This document shows, one piece after another, positions 18,378 through 33,593 of a DNA stretch of 64,000 bases. This DNA is from the human T2T-CHM13v2.0 reference genome, Homo sapiens. The first letter of the stretch is position 1; every line of letters begins with the position of its first letter. The stretch lies in the NCBI RefSeq assembly GCF_009914755.1, contig NC_060925.1; one strand, 5' to 3'. The notes under the pieces were generated by a model, which did not search any database, was not told where the DNA came from, and saw only the letters and a list, made by a program, of their open reading frames with translations. Position numbers and translations under genes: made by a program.

Positions 18378-20327
18378 AGAGCCATAAGCAAATGGCATTT
18401 GAACCTTGCCCAAACATCATGAAGCATTAATCTCCATGAAGATCTGTAGCTGCATTAGGAACACTGGGAGTTAGGAGTTCCAAATATCTCTGGATATGGC
18501 CATTGCTTAGGATGAACAGGCTCCACTTCAACCAACTGGCATATAAGGGCCATCTCTTTCCCTTAGAAACCAGAGCCTTCCCCCTTCAGCAACATATTGG
18601 TAAGGTAAAATGACCACAAAGTTACTACTAGTTCCAATATAGCTTCACAACAATTAAGTACTCCTAAAATTGTAGGTATATATTTTGAATGTCCAATTTC
18701 CTTTTGCATGGGCTAAGGCAGCCTCAATGGGGCCATAGGCCATGTGAGTATATAATTGGGAGCCAGGTTGCTTCAGGGCTAAGTTGTTACTAGAGTAGAT
18801 GAAGTGTGTATGTAGCCATGGAGAGAAGCCCAGACTTAACACCAGAACAGAACAAAAGCTGTTAGCTCTAAGATGTAAATACAGAGCTTCAAACAAATGA
18901 TAAGGCAAGAGGACAAAGCTGAAAATACCAGAAACTGGTCAGGAAATAGAAATGCCCAAGCTAGTATGCTAGGAACCTCCTTCGGGCAGATGTGGTCATG
19001 TAGTACCAAGCTAAATCAACTGGTACTACTAAATCAGTTGGTACAAGCTTAAATCAATTTAAGTTCTGTTGAAAGGTACAGAACTGGGCCAAACATAACA
19101 ATGTATTTTTCTAATACAGGATGTCAGCTGTGGCACTGGCTACCTTGACACATCTTCATCTGAAGAAAAAATACAAAGAAGGCCTGCCATGATGACAATT
19201 TACTTCATGAAGAGAACGGGTTCTGAAACGGTCATTCTTTTCCATTTAAACAATGTTACCATCTCCCAAAGAACAGCTTTGGGGTAGGAAAGAACAGTAT
19301 TTCATTTCAAGCTGGACTACTCATCTACCAAAAAACCATTCTGACCAAAGAAACAGATGCAGAATTACAGTCACAGCTGCATTCTGCACAGAACAAGTTG
19401 GATAATGGTATTCTAAATTGCTAATTATACTGTTAATGATTTTTTAAGTGTCATTGCAGTACTTTGCCACCTTTGTTTAAAAATTTTTAAAAAGCATGTA
19501 GCAAGTTTTCTAAATGGTAAATTTCTGTTTTGTTAAATACCAGTGTGTCTTCCAAAGAAAAATTCCATATAAAACCCATTTACTGAAATGGCATTCATAT
19601 GTGAATTTGGAGGAGCCTACTTATTGACTAGCTATTTGTTTTAATTTACTTTCTCACCAATTTACCTGCATTTAAGATTACTGAGGTCATAAGTATCTCA
19701 GTATTAGTGTTTCTATCTAGATCCATAGTTGGTATGAAAAGATAATAAACTAACATATGTCATGATATGCTGGCACTGGGAATGTGCTACAACTCAATTT
19801 ACAAAAAGTAATGGCAACAGTACAATTTAATTTTCATTGTGATAACTGTGGTGCAATTTATTACAGTGTTAGTATTATGCTGTTTAATCCATGCCAGCAT
19901 AGCTGAGGAAGGTAATTACATTTTTGATATAAAAATGCTACTAATGTTTTCATTTCATTTTAGCAGATTATAGTATGCAGATTAAAAGTACTGCCATTGT
20001 CCCATATTGTTTCTTGTACATTTAAGTGGCAGACTATTTTTTTCCACAAATAGTGAATTAATTTCTACTAAATTATTTCATTAAGGTTTTTAAATAATTA
20101 ATTTGCTTCTTAACTGAACACCTCAAGCTGGCCAGGAACTTCCACATATTAGATTCACAAAAACTAAAATATCTTATATGCAGAAAATGGTGTACCAATC
20201 ACAATTATATCACACTGTGATATAATTAAAATTATCAAGATAATTTTAATATTTAACGAGATAAATCAGTAGTTAAAAACTGAAAACACAATCTTATTCA
20301 ATGACAAACTTTTAAGCAAATACTTAC

Positions 20328-20370
20328 ATTTTCTTCTAACAGACCATCCAACTTCAGTGATCTTTTAACA
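20328..20370 (-). CDS. ITGB3BP: ITGB3BP coding exon 2, (P)VKRSLKLDGLLEEN
   Basis: 43-nt exon, acceptor tttgtttgtAG, donor AAT|GTAAGT. 5+43=48 nt gives 16 codons MPVKRSLKLDGLLEEN. Confidence 0.96.
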
Positions 20371-21710
20371 CTACAAACAAAAAATTTAAAGAAATTTTAG
20401 ATTTGACACGCTTTATTTAAAGTAGCCCAATAATTAAGGGAAGATATATAAACAAAGATTCTTAGTTCTACCAACCAATTTTTATATTATGTATTAAAGC
20501 AGAATACCATATGAAGAAAGCAATTATTTATGATGACAGGTTTGATTCTAATTGCATATCTCTAAATGGGATCATAATTAAATATTTAAATGAGTTTCTT
20601 TAAAAAATATATGCAGTTATATATACAAGGACTACCGTACAATTTAAACATCAGTCCTATATTATAAAAACTCTTATAAAAGTTAGTATGTTTGTCTGCT
20701 TTAAAATACCACTATTACAATATCATATATAAGAGCAAAATAATTTATACACTTTCAGTGGAGATGTTGAAAGTACAGTACAGAAACAGTGCACTAGGTG
20801 TTAAAGGTATGAGCATGGTGAAAAAAAGTTTTGCACATTATTCTAGCTTTAAACATGATTCAGTGCAACCAGACTATGACTTAACTGAGGAACAGATGCT
20901 CTATGTCTTTATAAGTCCCCAATCCATAAGAAACTATTTTTTGTTTCCTTCACTAAACTGATTCAGGAATATGCCAGGCTCTCTGTGTGCAAAATCTGTT
21001 CTGCTAAACTGGATGCCCAGCTGTTGGTGACAATGCTTAGAAAGGGAAGCTGAATATTTATAATACTTTATTTCATACAGCTGTCTTCTAAAGAGCAGTC
21101 ATCAACATTTTATTGAATGCAGACTAAATGTTCAAAGGAGAAAAAGGTCAATATAAATTAAAACTAGTTTTTTCAGTGACAAATGCAGTGTTAAAAGTAT
21201 CTTCCTGATTCGTGAGAAATAGAAATAGAATTAAAATATTAAAGAATTAGAGCATAAAGCAAAAAGATTGTACTATGTTATATTACAGAAATCCCCCAAA
21301 AGTTTGTATTGATCTTAGAAAATGACTATTCGTAAGTAACTATTGATTTACAAAGGACAGGAATAAGAAAAAATAGAAGAGATGGTCAATCTAAGAAAAT
21401 CATTGAACAGTAAATATACAGTACAGAAATTTAATCTATCTAAAAGATTATTTTGCTACTATATCCACATTACCCTATCACAACATTATTTCTTGAGATT
21501 AAACTGGTTTAAAGAATTATTTATGCTTTTAGAAATCTACTTAATATCAATTTAATCTGATTTCCCAATGAGGCAAGAAGAAAACAGAGGTACAAACAAA
21601 CTAAAATGCAGATAATTTTTTAAAATTTATATTTAGCTTTGGAATACATATTGCCCTATTTGGGTATGTAAGATGTTCTGGTATTTATAACACTTCAAAA
21701 ATAGAAATTA

Positions 21711-22024
<314 letters not shown>

Positions 22025-22899
22025 CTAAAGTTAAACAGTACAGCATTTCTTATCCTTTGTTTCTAAATGCTATTAAGATGCAATAGTATCTTTTAGAAGG
22101 AGACATATTCCATCCTGATATTAACTGTTCAAAATATTGCTTTGTTATCAATGGTTAATTCTTAGACAAAGTAACTAAATGTTTGCTTTTAAAAAGTTTA
22201 CAGATTAGGCCCCAGGTTGATCTAAGAAACCCAAGGAAATACGTAAAAAATAGTAAACAAGAAAGTAAGCTGAGTTAAAATAGGCTGTCATCTCCCACTT
22301 TATGTTTGGTGACAATCTAAAAATATTATTTACTGAGGGTAGTGTACTATTCAGATAATTCGGACATCTAATAACCAAAAGTTATAATACTTAAAAGAAT
22401 CCTTAAAAGATATAATAGACAAGACTAGAAGAAATCTAAGAAATCACTTAGTTCAGCCAATAGGGAAAACAGTTTGTGCAACTTGCCTATTGTCACACAT
22501 CTTGAGGGAGAGAAACTCAGATCTCAGGCCCTGTGCATAATAAATCTTTATGGAATTGAGGGGAAGGGAATTAAAGAAGGGAAGAGAAGAGCAAACCCAC
22601 TACAGAGTTTATGACCATCTATTCTTAATATTATATTAGAACTGGGCCCAACCACTCTTTTACAACACAATGACGAGAATATACTAAATTGATTACTTTA
22701 CTGTTAGTAGGAATAGAAGAGACGGATGAAACATATGAAGGAAGAATAGGTAAAATTTGATTAGATATATGGGATATTTTCCTAAAATATTTACTCTTTT
22801 GTTACCAGTATTAGCTAACAAAAGTGATATCTATCTGGTAGTTCTGTAAAGTTATAAGCAGCTCCTGTGGCTACTATCTTGGTTTAAAAAAGTGGGCAC

Positions 22900-23770
22900 A
22901 CAAAATTGGACAAAGGACTTGAATATACACTTCTCCAAAGTGATATACTAATGACCAATAAGCACATGAAAAGATGCTCAACATCTCTAATCATTAGGGA
23001 AATGCAAATCAGAACCACAATGAAATATTACTTCACAACCTATTAGGATGGCTACTATTAAAAAACCAAACAAAACAAAAAAAACAAACAGAAAATAAGT
23101 GTTGGTGAGGATGTAGAGAAACTAGAATCCCTGTGTACTGCTGGTGGGAATGTAAAATGGTTTAGCAGCTATGGAAAACAGTATGGCAGTTCCTCAAAGA
23201 ATTAAAAATAGAATTACCATATGATTCCATGATTCCACTTCCAAAAATAATTGAAAGCTGGGACACAAACAGATATTTGTACACCAATGTTCACAGCAGC
23301 ACTGCTCACAATAGCCAAAAGGTAGAAAAGCAACCCAAATATCCACTGACAGATGAACCGATAAACAAAATGTGATATATATATAAAACAAAATCTTATT
23401 CAGCTTTAAAAAAAAGAAATGAAATTTGACATGTGCTACAACATGGATGAACCTTGAAGACATTATGCTAAGTAAAATAAGCCAGTCACAAAAGGACAAA
23501 TATTGTATTATTCCACTCATAGGAGAGTAGTCAAGTTCATGGAGACAAAAAATAGAATGGTGGTTGCCAGGGGCTAGAGGGAGTGAGGAATGGGAAATTA
23601 CTGTTTAATGGGTACAGACTTTCAGTTTTACAAGATGAAAAAAAATTCTAGAAATGAATGGTGGTGATGGTTGCACAACAAGGTAAACATTCTTAATGTC
23701 ACTGAATTGGACACCTAAAAAATGATTAAAATAGTAAATTTTGTTATATATAATTTAGCACAATTTAAAA
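22900..23770 (+). mobile_element. L1MB-type 3' end
   Basis: gaaaagatgctcaacatc..ggaaatgcaaatc..gaaccttgaagacattatgctaagt..ggtggtgatggttgcacaaca. Confidence 0.85.
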
Positions 23771-26467
23771 ATAGATAATTTTTTTAAAGGATATCTACTT
23801 ATTGTGTCCTAATTACCTCCCTTTTACAGGTAACCTCTCTGTGGATGACTTCTAACTTCCAACTTACCCAAATTTCCACCTATGCCCGTAATTTACAAGT
23901 TATATTATATTTCTAGGTATACTAGGTTTAGATTCACTGGGATCAAAATTCTGGTTGCTACCAGAAATACTGCTGTTGAGAATTTTAAAAAGATAGAAAG
24001 CATGTGACATGCAATTTTATAGAGAGAGTAACTATGTTTGTATAATTATATTATTCTCTAAGACTGACCTCTTTTCTATTTAGCTTAACATATGGTAGTA
24101 TCCTGAATAGGATTCTCTGGTTCATCAGAACAGAAAAAGCAGATGAGTTTTATTACACAATGTTACTGACTAACATCAGTTACAGTATTAAAGAAATTAT
24201 TCTAGGGAAAAAAAACCCTATCATTTGATTCCTAATAAAAAACCAGGAATGACACCTCAGAAAATCACAAAATTTTATGATTTGAGCTTCTCTTATAGAA
24301 CTTTTAAAACATTAGTTTAAATACAATTTTGAATAACAGGACTGAGGGGAAGAATGGGGGGTAAAGAATAAACTTAGTAAAGCAGTTAAGACTCAGGGAG
24401 CCTTCATGCTATGCCAAATTCTTCCCTAAGGTTGGGCAAATCACATAATCTCACTAAGCTTCATAAAGTTGATAATAACACAGGCCTGTAAAGTAGTAAG
24501 AAATTTCTGAGTGGAAGATAAAAATATCACTGAGTATTTCAGTGCTTCCATTTACTCCACACTATAATAGAGATGATAATATTGCCAGCTACAACTTCAC
24601 AGGAGTGTTTAGAGTATTACTGAGTATGCTTGTGAGATTCTTAGAAATCCTTTGATGAAAGGCAATGGCCAAATTCACATTCCATGTGACTCCTTAAATG
24701 TAAACCTTTTGTTTTCCTTGACCTGGACATTTTTCAAGACTGCAGGCCATTTTTATTTTTATTTTTGTAGACTATCCCTCAATTTGGGCCTATCTGATAT
24801 TTCCCCATGATTAGGTTATGCATATTTGGCATAAATATCACAGAAGTGATGTTGCATCCTTCTGAGAGCATAACTTGAGGCACTTGATCTTGATGTATTG
24901 TAATATCAGTGATATAAATTTTGACCATTAAGATATTATCTTCCAGTTTTCTCCAATGTAGTAAATAAGAAATCTTATAAAGAGCCACTAATGATCATTC
25001 CTTTTATATTTATTAGTTAGCATTACATTCCAAGAAAAGCCTTTCAGTTCTCCTTCCTTTATTCATTTATATCACTACAGTGTCACAGATTTTTATGTTA
25101 GCCAATGGATTTTAAGCCATTCCTATCATTATTTATTTTGATGTTTAACTGTCCCAAATTTGGCAATGGGACCATTCTTCCCCTTCACCCTGGCTCCTGT
25201 TTAACCTATGTACCCATAACGCTTTGAGCACTTCCTACCTTTCCAGCATACACAAAAAGTTTTCTCTGCACCAGCTTTGGAATCAGCTTTTTCTCCAATG
25301 AGACCTAGCTCTTTTTAGTGGACAATGGTATTTAGACACCAAAATCTGGGCACTAAATGTGTTCACTGTTACTTACGTCATCGCTTACAGTCTCTCTCAG
25401 AGGACAGAGCTGGAACACACATCACACACACACACAAAAACATTTCTATCTACCTCTATCTTTAATATGTATATTTTTAAAAACTATGATTTCATATTGA
25501 CATCTCCAATGCCAAGTCAAGAAATTTGAAATTCCTCCATCCAAAGGTGAGAAACTGGCTCCCATCATCCACAATACACTTACTCATTTGACCAAGCCTA
25601 GAACACATAAAAACTAGTTTCAGAAGTGCTAACACATACTACCATGGAAAGCAAATCTCTTACTCAAGTTCAGTATTTGCCTAATATTTTTAATGTAAAA
25701 TTTACATATAGCAAGCAGCACAAATATTAAGTGTATAGATGCGAGTTTTAACAAACATGTACTATATCCCTGAAACTCACATCCATATCAAGATATGGAA
25801 TATTTGAATCATATGAGGAGGGTACCTCAGGCTCCCTCCAAGTCCATAATCTATACCATACACAACTACTTTTCTAATTTTTTCCAGCATAGATTACTTT
25901 TGCCTATTCTAGAATTTCATATAAATAGAACTATACAGTATGTACTTGTGTCTATTTTCTCTGCTCAGCATAACTGTTAGATTCACCCAGGTTGTTGCAC
26001 ATCAGTAGATCATTTATTTTTAATTAATATTCTATCTTAATAAGCCATTTATTTGTTTTCCTGTTGATGGACACTTGGTTTTAGTTTTTAGCCATTATGA
26101 GTAAAGCTTCCAAGAACACCTTTTACAAGTTTTTTTGTTTTGTTTTGTTTTCCTTAGCTATACTGCATTCAGTTTTCTTGGATAAATAAATACCTAGAAG
26201 TAGAGGTGCTAGATCATTGGGTAGGTGTATATTTATTTAATTTCATAAGAAACTGCCAAAATGTCTAGCAACATGTTATGGTTCATTTGTGTATCTTCTT
26301 TTATTAACTATTGGTTCAAATCTTTGGGCCATTATTTTAATAACATTTTTGTCTTTCTACTGTTGATTAGTAAGAGTTCTTTCTTATCCTAAATATAAAT
26401 CCTTTGTCTGATATATATCTGTTACATACTTTCTCCCAGTCAGTTGTTTGAAAATTTACTTTTTTTG

Positions 26468-26814
<347 letters not shown>

Positions 26815-27345
26815 TTAAAAGTTAGATGAAGCATAATTTATCATTTTTTCTTTTATAATTATTGCTTTCCGCGTCTTGCCTGAAATTTCACCTACTTCAG
26901 ACTGTAAAAATATTCTCAAATATTTCCCTCCAGAAACTTTCCTTTTTACATTTAGGACTAAAATGTATCTCAAATTAATTTTTGTATGTAATATAAGGTG
27001 AAGGTCAAGGTGTTTTGTTTTTTTCCCCACTGGGTATGCCAGCACCACTTGGGAAGAAAATCTTCTGTTATCCCCACTGAGCTGCTTTGGTACCTTTGTG
27101 GGTCTATTTCTGGACTTTCTATTCTATTCTATTTACCTATTTCTCTATATGCCCAAACCACATTGAGTTCATTACCAACACTTTATGCCATGTCTAGTTA
27201 GTGTACATACTCCAACTTCATTCTTTTTTTTCAAAATTGTTTTGGCTACTGCAAGTCACTTGCCTTTCCATACAAATTTTGAAATCAGTTTTCAATTTCT
27301 AAAAAATGTTTGCTTGAAGAACTAAAAATAGAACTACCATTCAAC

Positions 27346-27671
<326 letters not shown>

Positions 27672-27936
27672 CTACTGGGTATCTATCAAAGGAAAATAAA
27701 TCATTATATCAAAAAGACAAATGTACTTGTACATTTATTGTAGCACTATTCACAACAGCAAAGTCATGGAATCATCTTGTGTCCATCAATGGATGACTGG
27801 ATAAAGAAATGTGGTATATATACACCATGGAACACTATGCAGCCATAAAAAAGAATGATACCGTGTTGTTCTGCAACAACATGAATAGAGCTGGAAATCA
27901 TTATCTTAACTGGAATAACTCAGAAGCAGAAAATTA

Positions 27937-28565
<629 letters not shown>

Positions 28566-29099
28566 CTATTAGTGGGAGCTAAACAATGGGTACATATGAA
28601 CATACAGAGGGAAATAATAGACACTGAGACTTCAAAAGGAGGAAGTATGGGAGGAAGGTGAGGGTTGAAAAATTATCTTTCGGGTACAATGTTCACTATT
28701 TGTGTGATGGGCACCTACGAGCTCAAACCTCACCATTATGCAATATATCCTTGTAACAAATCTGCACATATACACCCTGAGTCTATAAAAAATAAAAACA
28801 AATAAGTTAGGTATAAATGATCATACTCAAAAAAAGAAAGTACAAAGAAGGAAAATTAGATTACATGAAAAATGAAATATAAAACAGAAAAGATAAAGAT
28901 AATACCAAATACTATTATACAAGTTTTCATCCACTTAACTTTTTTTAAAAAAGATCCATTTTAAACAGTAGAAATAAAAAAAGAGCAAAACTTAAAAAGA
29001 AATGTTTGTTAGGATTATGACAGGGATTGCATTAAATCTAAACATTGGTGAGAACTAACATTTTAATAATACCACATTTATCACTTAAAAATACTCTCA

Positions 29100-29215
29100 C
29101 CAGCATGGCACATGTATATATATGTAACTAACCTGCACATTGTGCACATGTACCCTAAAACTTAAAGTATAATAATAAAAAAATAAAAATAAATAAAAAT
29201 AAATAAAAAATAAAT
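29100..29215 (+). mobile_element. Tiny young L1 3' terminus (L1PA2-like, ~70 bp plus tail)
   Basis: cagcatggcacatg..taactaacctgcacattgtgcacatgtaccctaaaacttaaagtataa. TSD AAAAATACTCTCA at 29087-29099 and 29216-29228. Confidence 0.9.
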
Positions 29216-29513
29216 AAAAATACTCTCATTTATCTTCATCTTTAATTTCTCTAAGGAACATTTTGTAATTTTCACTGTAGAGGTCTTGCATGTCTTATGC
29301 TAAATTATTATATGTTTTTATGTAATTATAAATGAAAAATCTTAAACTTCAATTTCCAGGTGTTTATTCCTGAAATATAGAAATATATTGATCTTTGTAC
29401 ACTGATTTTGCATCCTACATCCTTGCTAAATTGTTCTGAAAATTGTTTTATAGATTTTTTAGGATTTTCTTCATACATGATGTCATTGTTGAATCATTAA
29501 TTTTACTTTTTCC

Positions 29514-29817
29514 TTTTTTGTTGTTGTTGTTTTTGTTTGTCTTGAGACAGGGTCATCCAGGCTGGAATGCAAGTGACACAATCACAGCTCACTGCAGCCT
29601 TGACTTCCTCGGCTCAAGTGATCCTCCTGCCTCAGCCTCCCAAGTAGCTGGGACTACAGGCACGTAACGTCACACCTTGTTAATTTTCATATTTTTTCGT
29701 AGAGACAGCGTTTTGCCATATTGCCCAGGCTAATCTTGAACTACTGGGCTCAAGCAATCTGCCTGTCTCAGCCTCCCAAAGTGATGGGATTACCGGCATG
29801 AGCCACTGGGCCTGGCC
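29514..29817 (-). mobile_element. AluJ
   Basis: Antisense Alu with (TTG)n tail. Confidence 0.85.
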
Positions 29818-30915
29818 CCACTTTTTCCTTTTTAACACTATGGGTGTTTTTCTGTGTGTGCTTTTTTGAATAGAAGTGGTGAGAGGGCACGTTCTTGCCT
29901 TTTTCCTAATCTTAAAAAAGTTTTCGATACTAAATATATTATCTATAGGTTTTTCAAAGAAATGAGAAGTTGCCTCCTATTCCTAGTTTGCTGAGGGTTT
30001 TATTTTCTCACGAATGGGTATGTTCTCTGTACAATTAACCAATGAAATCGTCTGGGTCTTTGTGGGAAGATTCTTAGTAACAAATTCTATTTCCTTAATT
30101 ATGCAGATTTTCTGTATCATCTTATGCCATCATGCTAAGTTGTATTTTTCAAGGAATTTGTCAATTTTGTATAAGTTGTCAAGTTTACTGGAATAAAGGC
30201 TTTAATGATATTACCTCTTTCAATATCTATAGCATCTTTAGTGGTATTCTGCTCTTTCATTTTGGATATTGATAGTTTATGTTCTCTTTCATCTAAGTAC
30301 AATTTACCCTTTCATTCTGGATATTGATCATTTGTTTTCTCTCCTGTTAGACTGTTATATCTACCTTTCCCTTTCTTTTCTTTCTTTTTTTTTTTTAACT
30401 TTCAACTTTGTTGCTTATAGACAGTAAAGAGTTAGGACTTGCTTTAAAAAAAAATCTAGCCTTATAATATTCTCTACCTTTTTCACTGATGTCTTTACTG
30501 CACTTAAACTTGTAATTATCTGGTTGGGGCTACCATTTAGATAGTTGTTTTCTATTTGTCCCATCTGTTTTTGTTCCTTTGTTCTTTTTTACCTGCCTTC
30601 TTTTGAATTAACATTATTTTTAAATATATCATTTCAATTCCTCTATTTGTTTTTTAGGTATGCCTCTCTGCATTTTCAGAGGTTACTCTGGGGATTACAG
30701 TATGCCTTTTTAACATACCACAGTCTATCTAGAGTTATAATAATACAGTACTACTTCATGTAAAAGAGAAGAATCTTGCAACATTATAGTCAACTCCCTC
30801 TACACTTTGTGCCACTGGTATCATATATATTATGTCTACATATAACCCCATAATAGTGTTTAATTTTTGCTTTAAACATTCTCACCTTTTTAAGAAGTTG
30901 CAAGCAAAAAATATA

Positions 30916-31235
30916 TAGATGCTCCTTGACTTACAACAGGATTATGTTACAACAAACCCATTGTAAATTGAAAATGTTAGTTGAAAATGCATTTCACACA
31001 TTTAACCTACTGAACATCACAGCTTAAACATGTTGAGAACTCTTAAATTAACTTATAGTTGGGTAAATCATCTAACCCAAAATCTCTTTTAAAATAAAGT
31101 GTTGAACATCTCATGTAATTTATTGAATATTGTGCTGAAAGTAAAGAAAAGAATGGTTGTATGGGTACTTAAAGTAGTTTCTACTGAATGCATATTGCTT
31201 TCACACTATTATGAAGTCAAAAAATTCTAAGTTAA
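30916..31235 (+). mobile_element. MER47A-like (TcMar-Tigger) DNA transposon relic
   Basis: agatgctccttgacttac..aataaagtgttgaacatctcatgtaatttattgaata..gaatggttgtatgggtact. Confidence 0.8.
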
Positions 31236-33344
31236 ATAGACAGGTGAGAGCCACCACGCTCAGCCAAAAAGGCTCTATTATACCTTCCTCTATTAGACTT
31301 TACTGACTTTTACAAGCAGGAAAGAATTGCATTTAAATTTCATATTTTTCTTATATCAAGTACTAAAAATTTCACCAATCTTCTTTTAAAATGCAGGACA
31401 CTTTATTTATAAAAGAAATTATATAACTTTGAATATCTACTATAATTCAAAGGATGTTTATTTAATGGTTAACTTTTACTTGGCCTGACACATCATTCCA
31501 CCCACCTACTTCTTTATAATCAACCCACAAAATAAAAATCATTGTACCTGGCAGTAGCATCAAAATGATTACAGCATATAGGCACAATAAAGATCCAGAA
31601 TATGTTTATATTCATTTTCCCTTATCTTGGAAAAAATATAGCACATTTTAAAGTTCTCTCAGAAAACTCTCAGACTATAAATACAGCAGCAGAATGGCCC
31701 CCACTGTTACTGTTACGAATAGTTTTTCTACAACACTAATGCTATTCCAACTTTATAGCTTTAGTTCAGTCATAGCTTGGAACAGAATAAAGTTAACTCT
31801 GGTAGAGAGTATCTTTGGCTGAATTAGCATGATGATGTACACTAATTAGCAAGACTAAACAAATGGTACTTTTTAAAGGAAGCTTTATAAAGAAAAGGTA
31901 GAAGAAGAAAAAAGGTCTAGAATGGGATTTGATTACTTACAGCAAGAGCTACTAAAAAGACATGTATCTGTCTACATAGAATGAAATCTTTCCAAAGTAG
32001 CAACTTTATCATTCAATTAATAAATACTTATTGAGCAACTATTTTATCAATGAGGACACTGAGTAACAATCTAAGGAGCACACAGCTGGTTAACAGACTC
32101 AAGATTCAAATCCTGGTTTGTCTTACTCCAAAGTCCATGATTTTTCCACTTCAAATCTTTAAAAAGTGAAGGTTTCAACCTAGATAGAGAAATGACTGTG
32201 CCACTAATTTCAGAATGTACACAGAAAGAGGAGCAAGATTGGAAGGGAAGATGATTAGCCTAATGAAACCAACAGCAGCATTTATCTAATTCATCTGTTT
32301 CCTCCAAAGGATCAAAGAGAAGGCAGAGAAAGCTACACTTAGGGAGGACTTAAGATAGGTAATCTCTAAATCCTTTTAAAAAACATTTTAAGTAGTACAT
32401 ACTAAATGAATAAATGTAATACTAATGAATAATGGATACTAATGAAAAAATGTAAGCTGTGCAAGTTATAAAACATTAGAAAATAAGCACGCATAAACTC
32501 ACCACATAATTTAAGAACTAGATCATTACCAATATGACTGGGTATACATGCATCTATTGGCTTCCCCCAAAAGGCATCTATTAAACTGTATTTATCATTT
32601 CTCTGTATTTATCATTTCTCTGCCTTTTAACAATAATCTTATCATATACATATATAACCATAAGTAGCTTATTTTTGCGTGTTCTTAAGTTTTATAAGGA
32701 TAACAAATGTAGTCTCATACAAATTGGTTATTTCACTCATTATGTTAAGATTCATCCATCCGCTCTATTGTCACTGAACATTTGCTGTTTCTTATTTATT
32801 TTAGATTCATTTGGACCATATATATTTTCACAACTACTCATTGTTGTATTGAAGTTTTTTCCGCTCAAGGTTCTAAGAAATTAGAAAAAAGATAGATCAC
32901 ACCCTCCCATAAGTTATATTACACATTTAGTCTTCCAAATACATACCAAATAGTCACCATTTCAACATCACTTAAAAATGAATCCACCCGCATATGTAAC
33001 TTGCCAAGATAACTATTTGCACCACTCATTTATGACCTCACCAGTAACCACATTAAAAAAAAACAAAACACTTAATTTACTAACAATGATGGAGATTCTC
33101 TACTAACATGCCATTACGTTTTATGCATTACTTAACTGTTGATTTAGTCTTAAATCACTTTGCTAAAACTTAGAAAATTAGCAAAGTAATTGCTAGTTTC
33201 ACATATATATTAGCTATATATGTGAGATGTTAACCTCAACTTTAAGGTTGTGTATTTATTACCAGAATATACTTATCTAAAAGCCTAATATAACATCTTG
33301 TGTGCATATGTTAGGAAGACAGTTGTCAAAAAGGTCCACTTTTA

Positions 33345-33593
33345 GGCCTGACACAGTGGCTAACTCCTATAGTCCCAGCACATTGGGAGGCTGAGGTGGA
33401 AGGATCACTTAAGCCCAGGACTTCAAGACCAGGCTGGGCAACACAGGGAGACACTGTCTTTACAAAATAAAAAAATTAGGCATGGTGGCATGTGGGAGCC
33501 CAGGAGGTAGAGGCTGCAGTGAGCTGTGATCACAGCACTGCACTCCAGCCTGGGCAACAGAGCCAGACTCTGCCTCAAAAAAAGAAAAAAAAA
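33345..33593 (+). mobile_element. AluJ with internal deletion
   Basis: TSD AAAAAG(G/T)TCCACTTTT. Confidence 0.85.
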
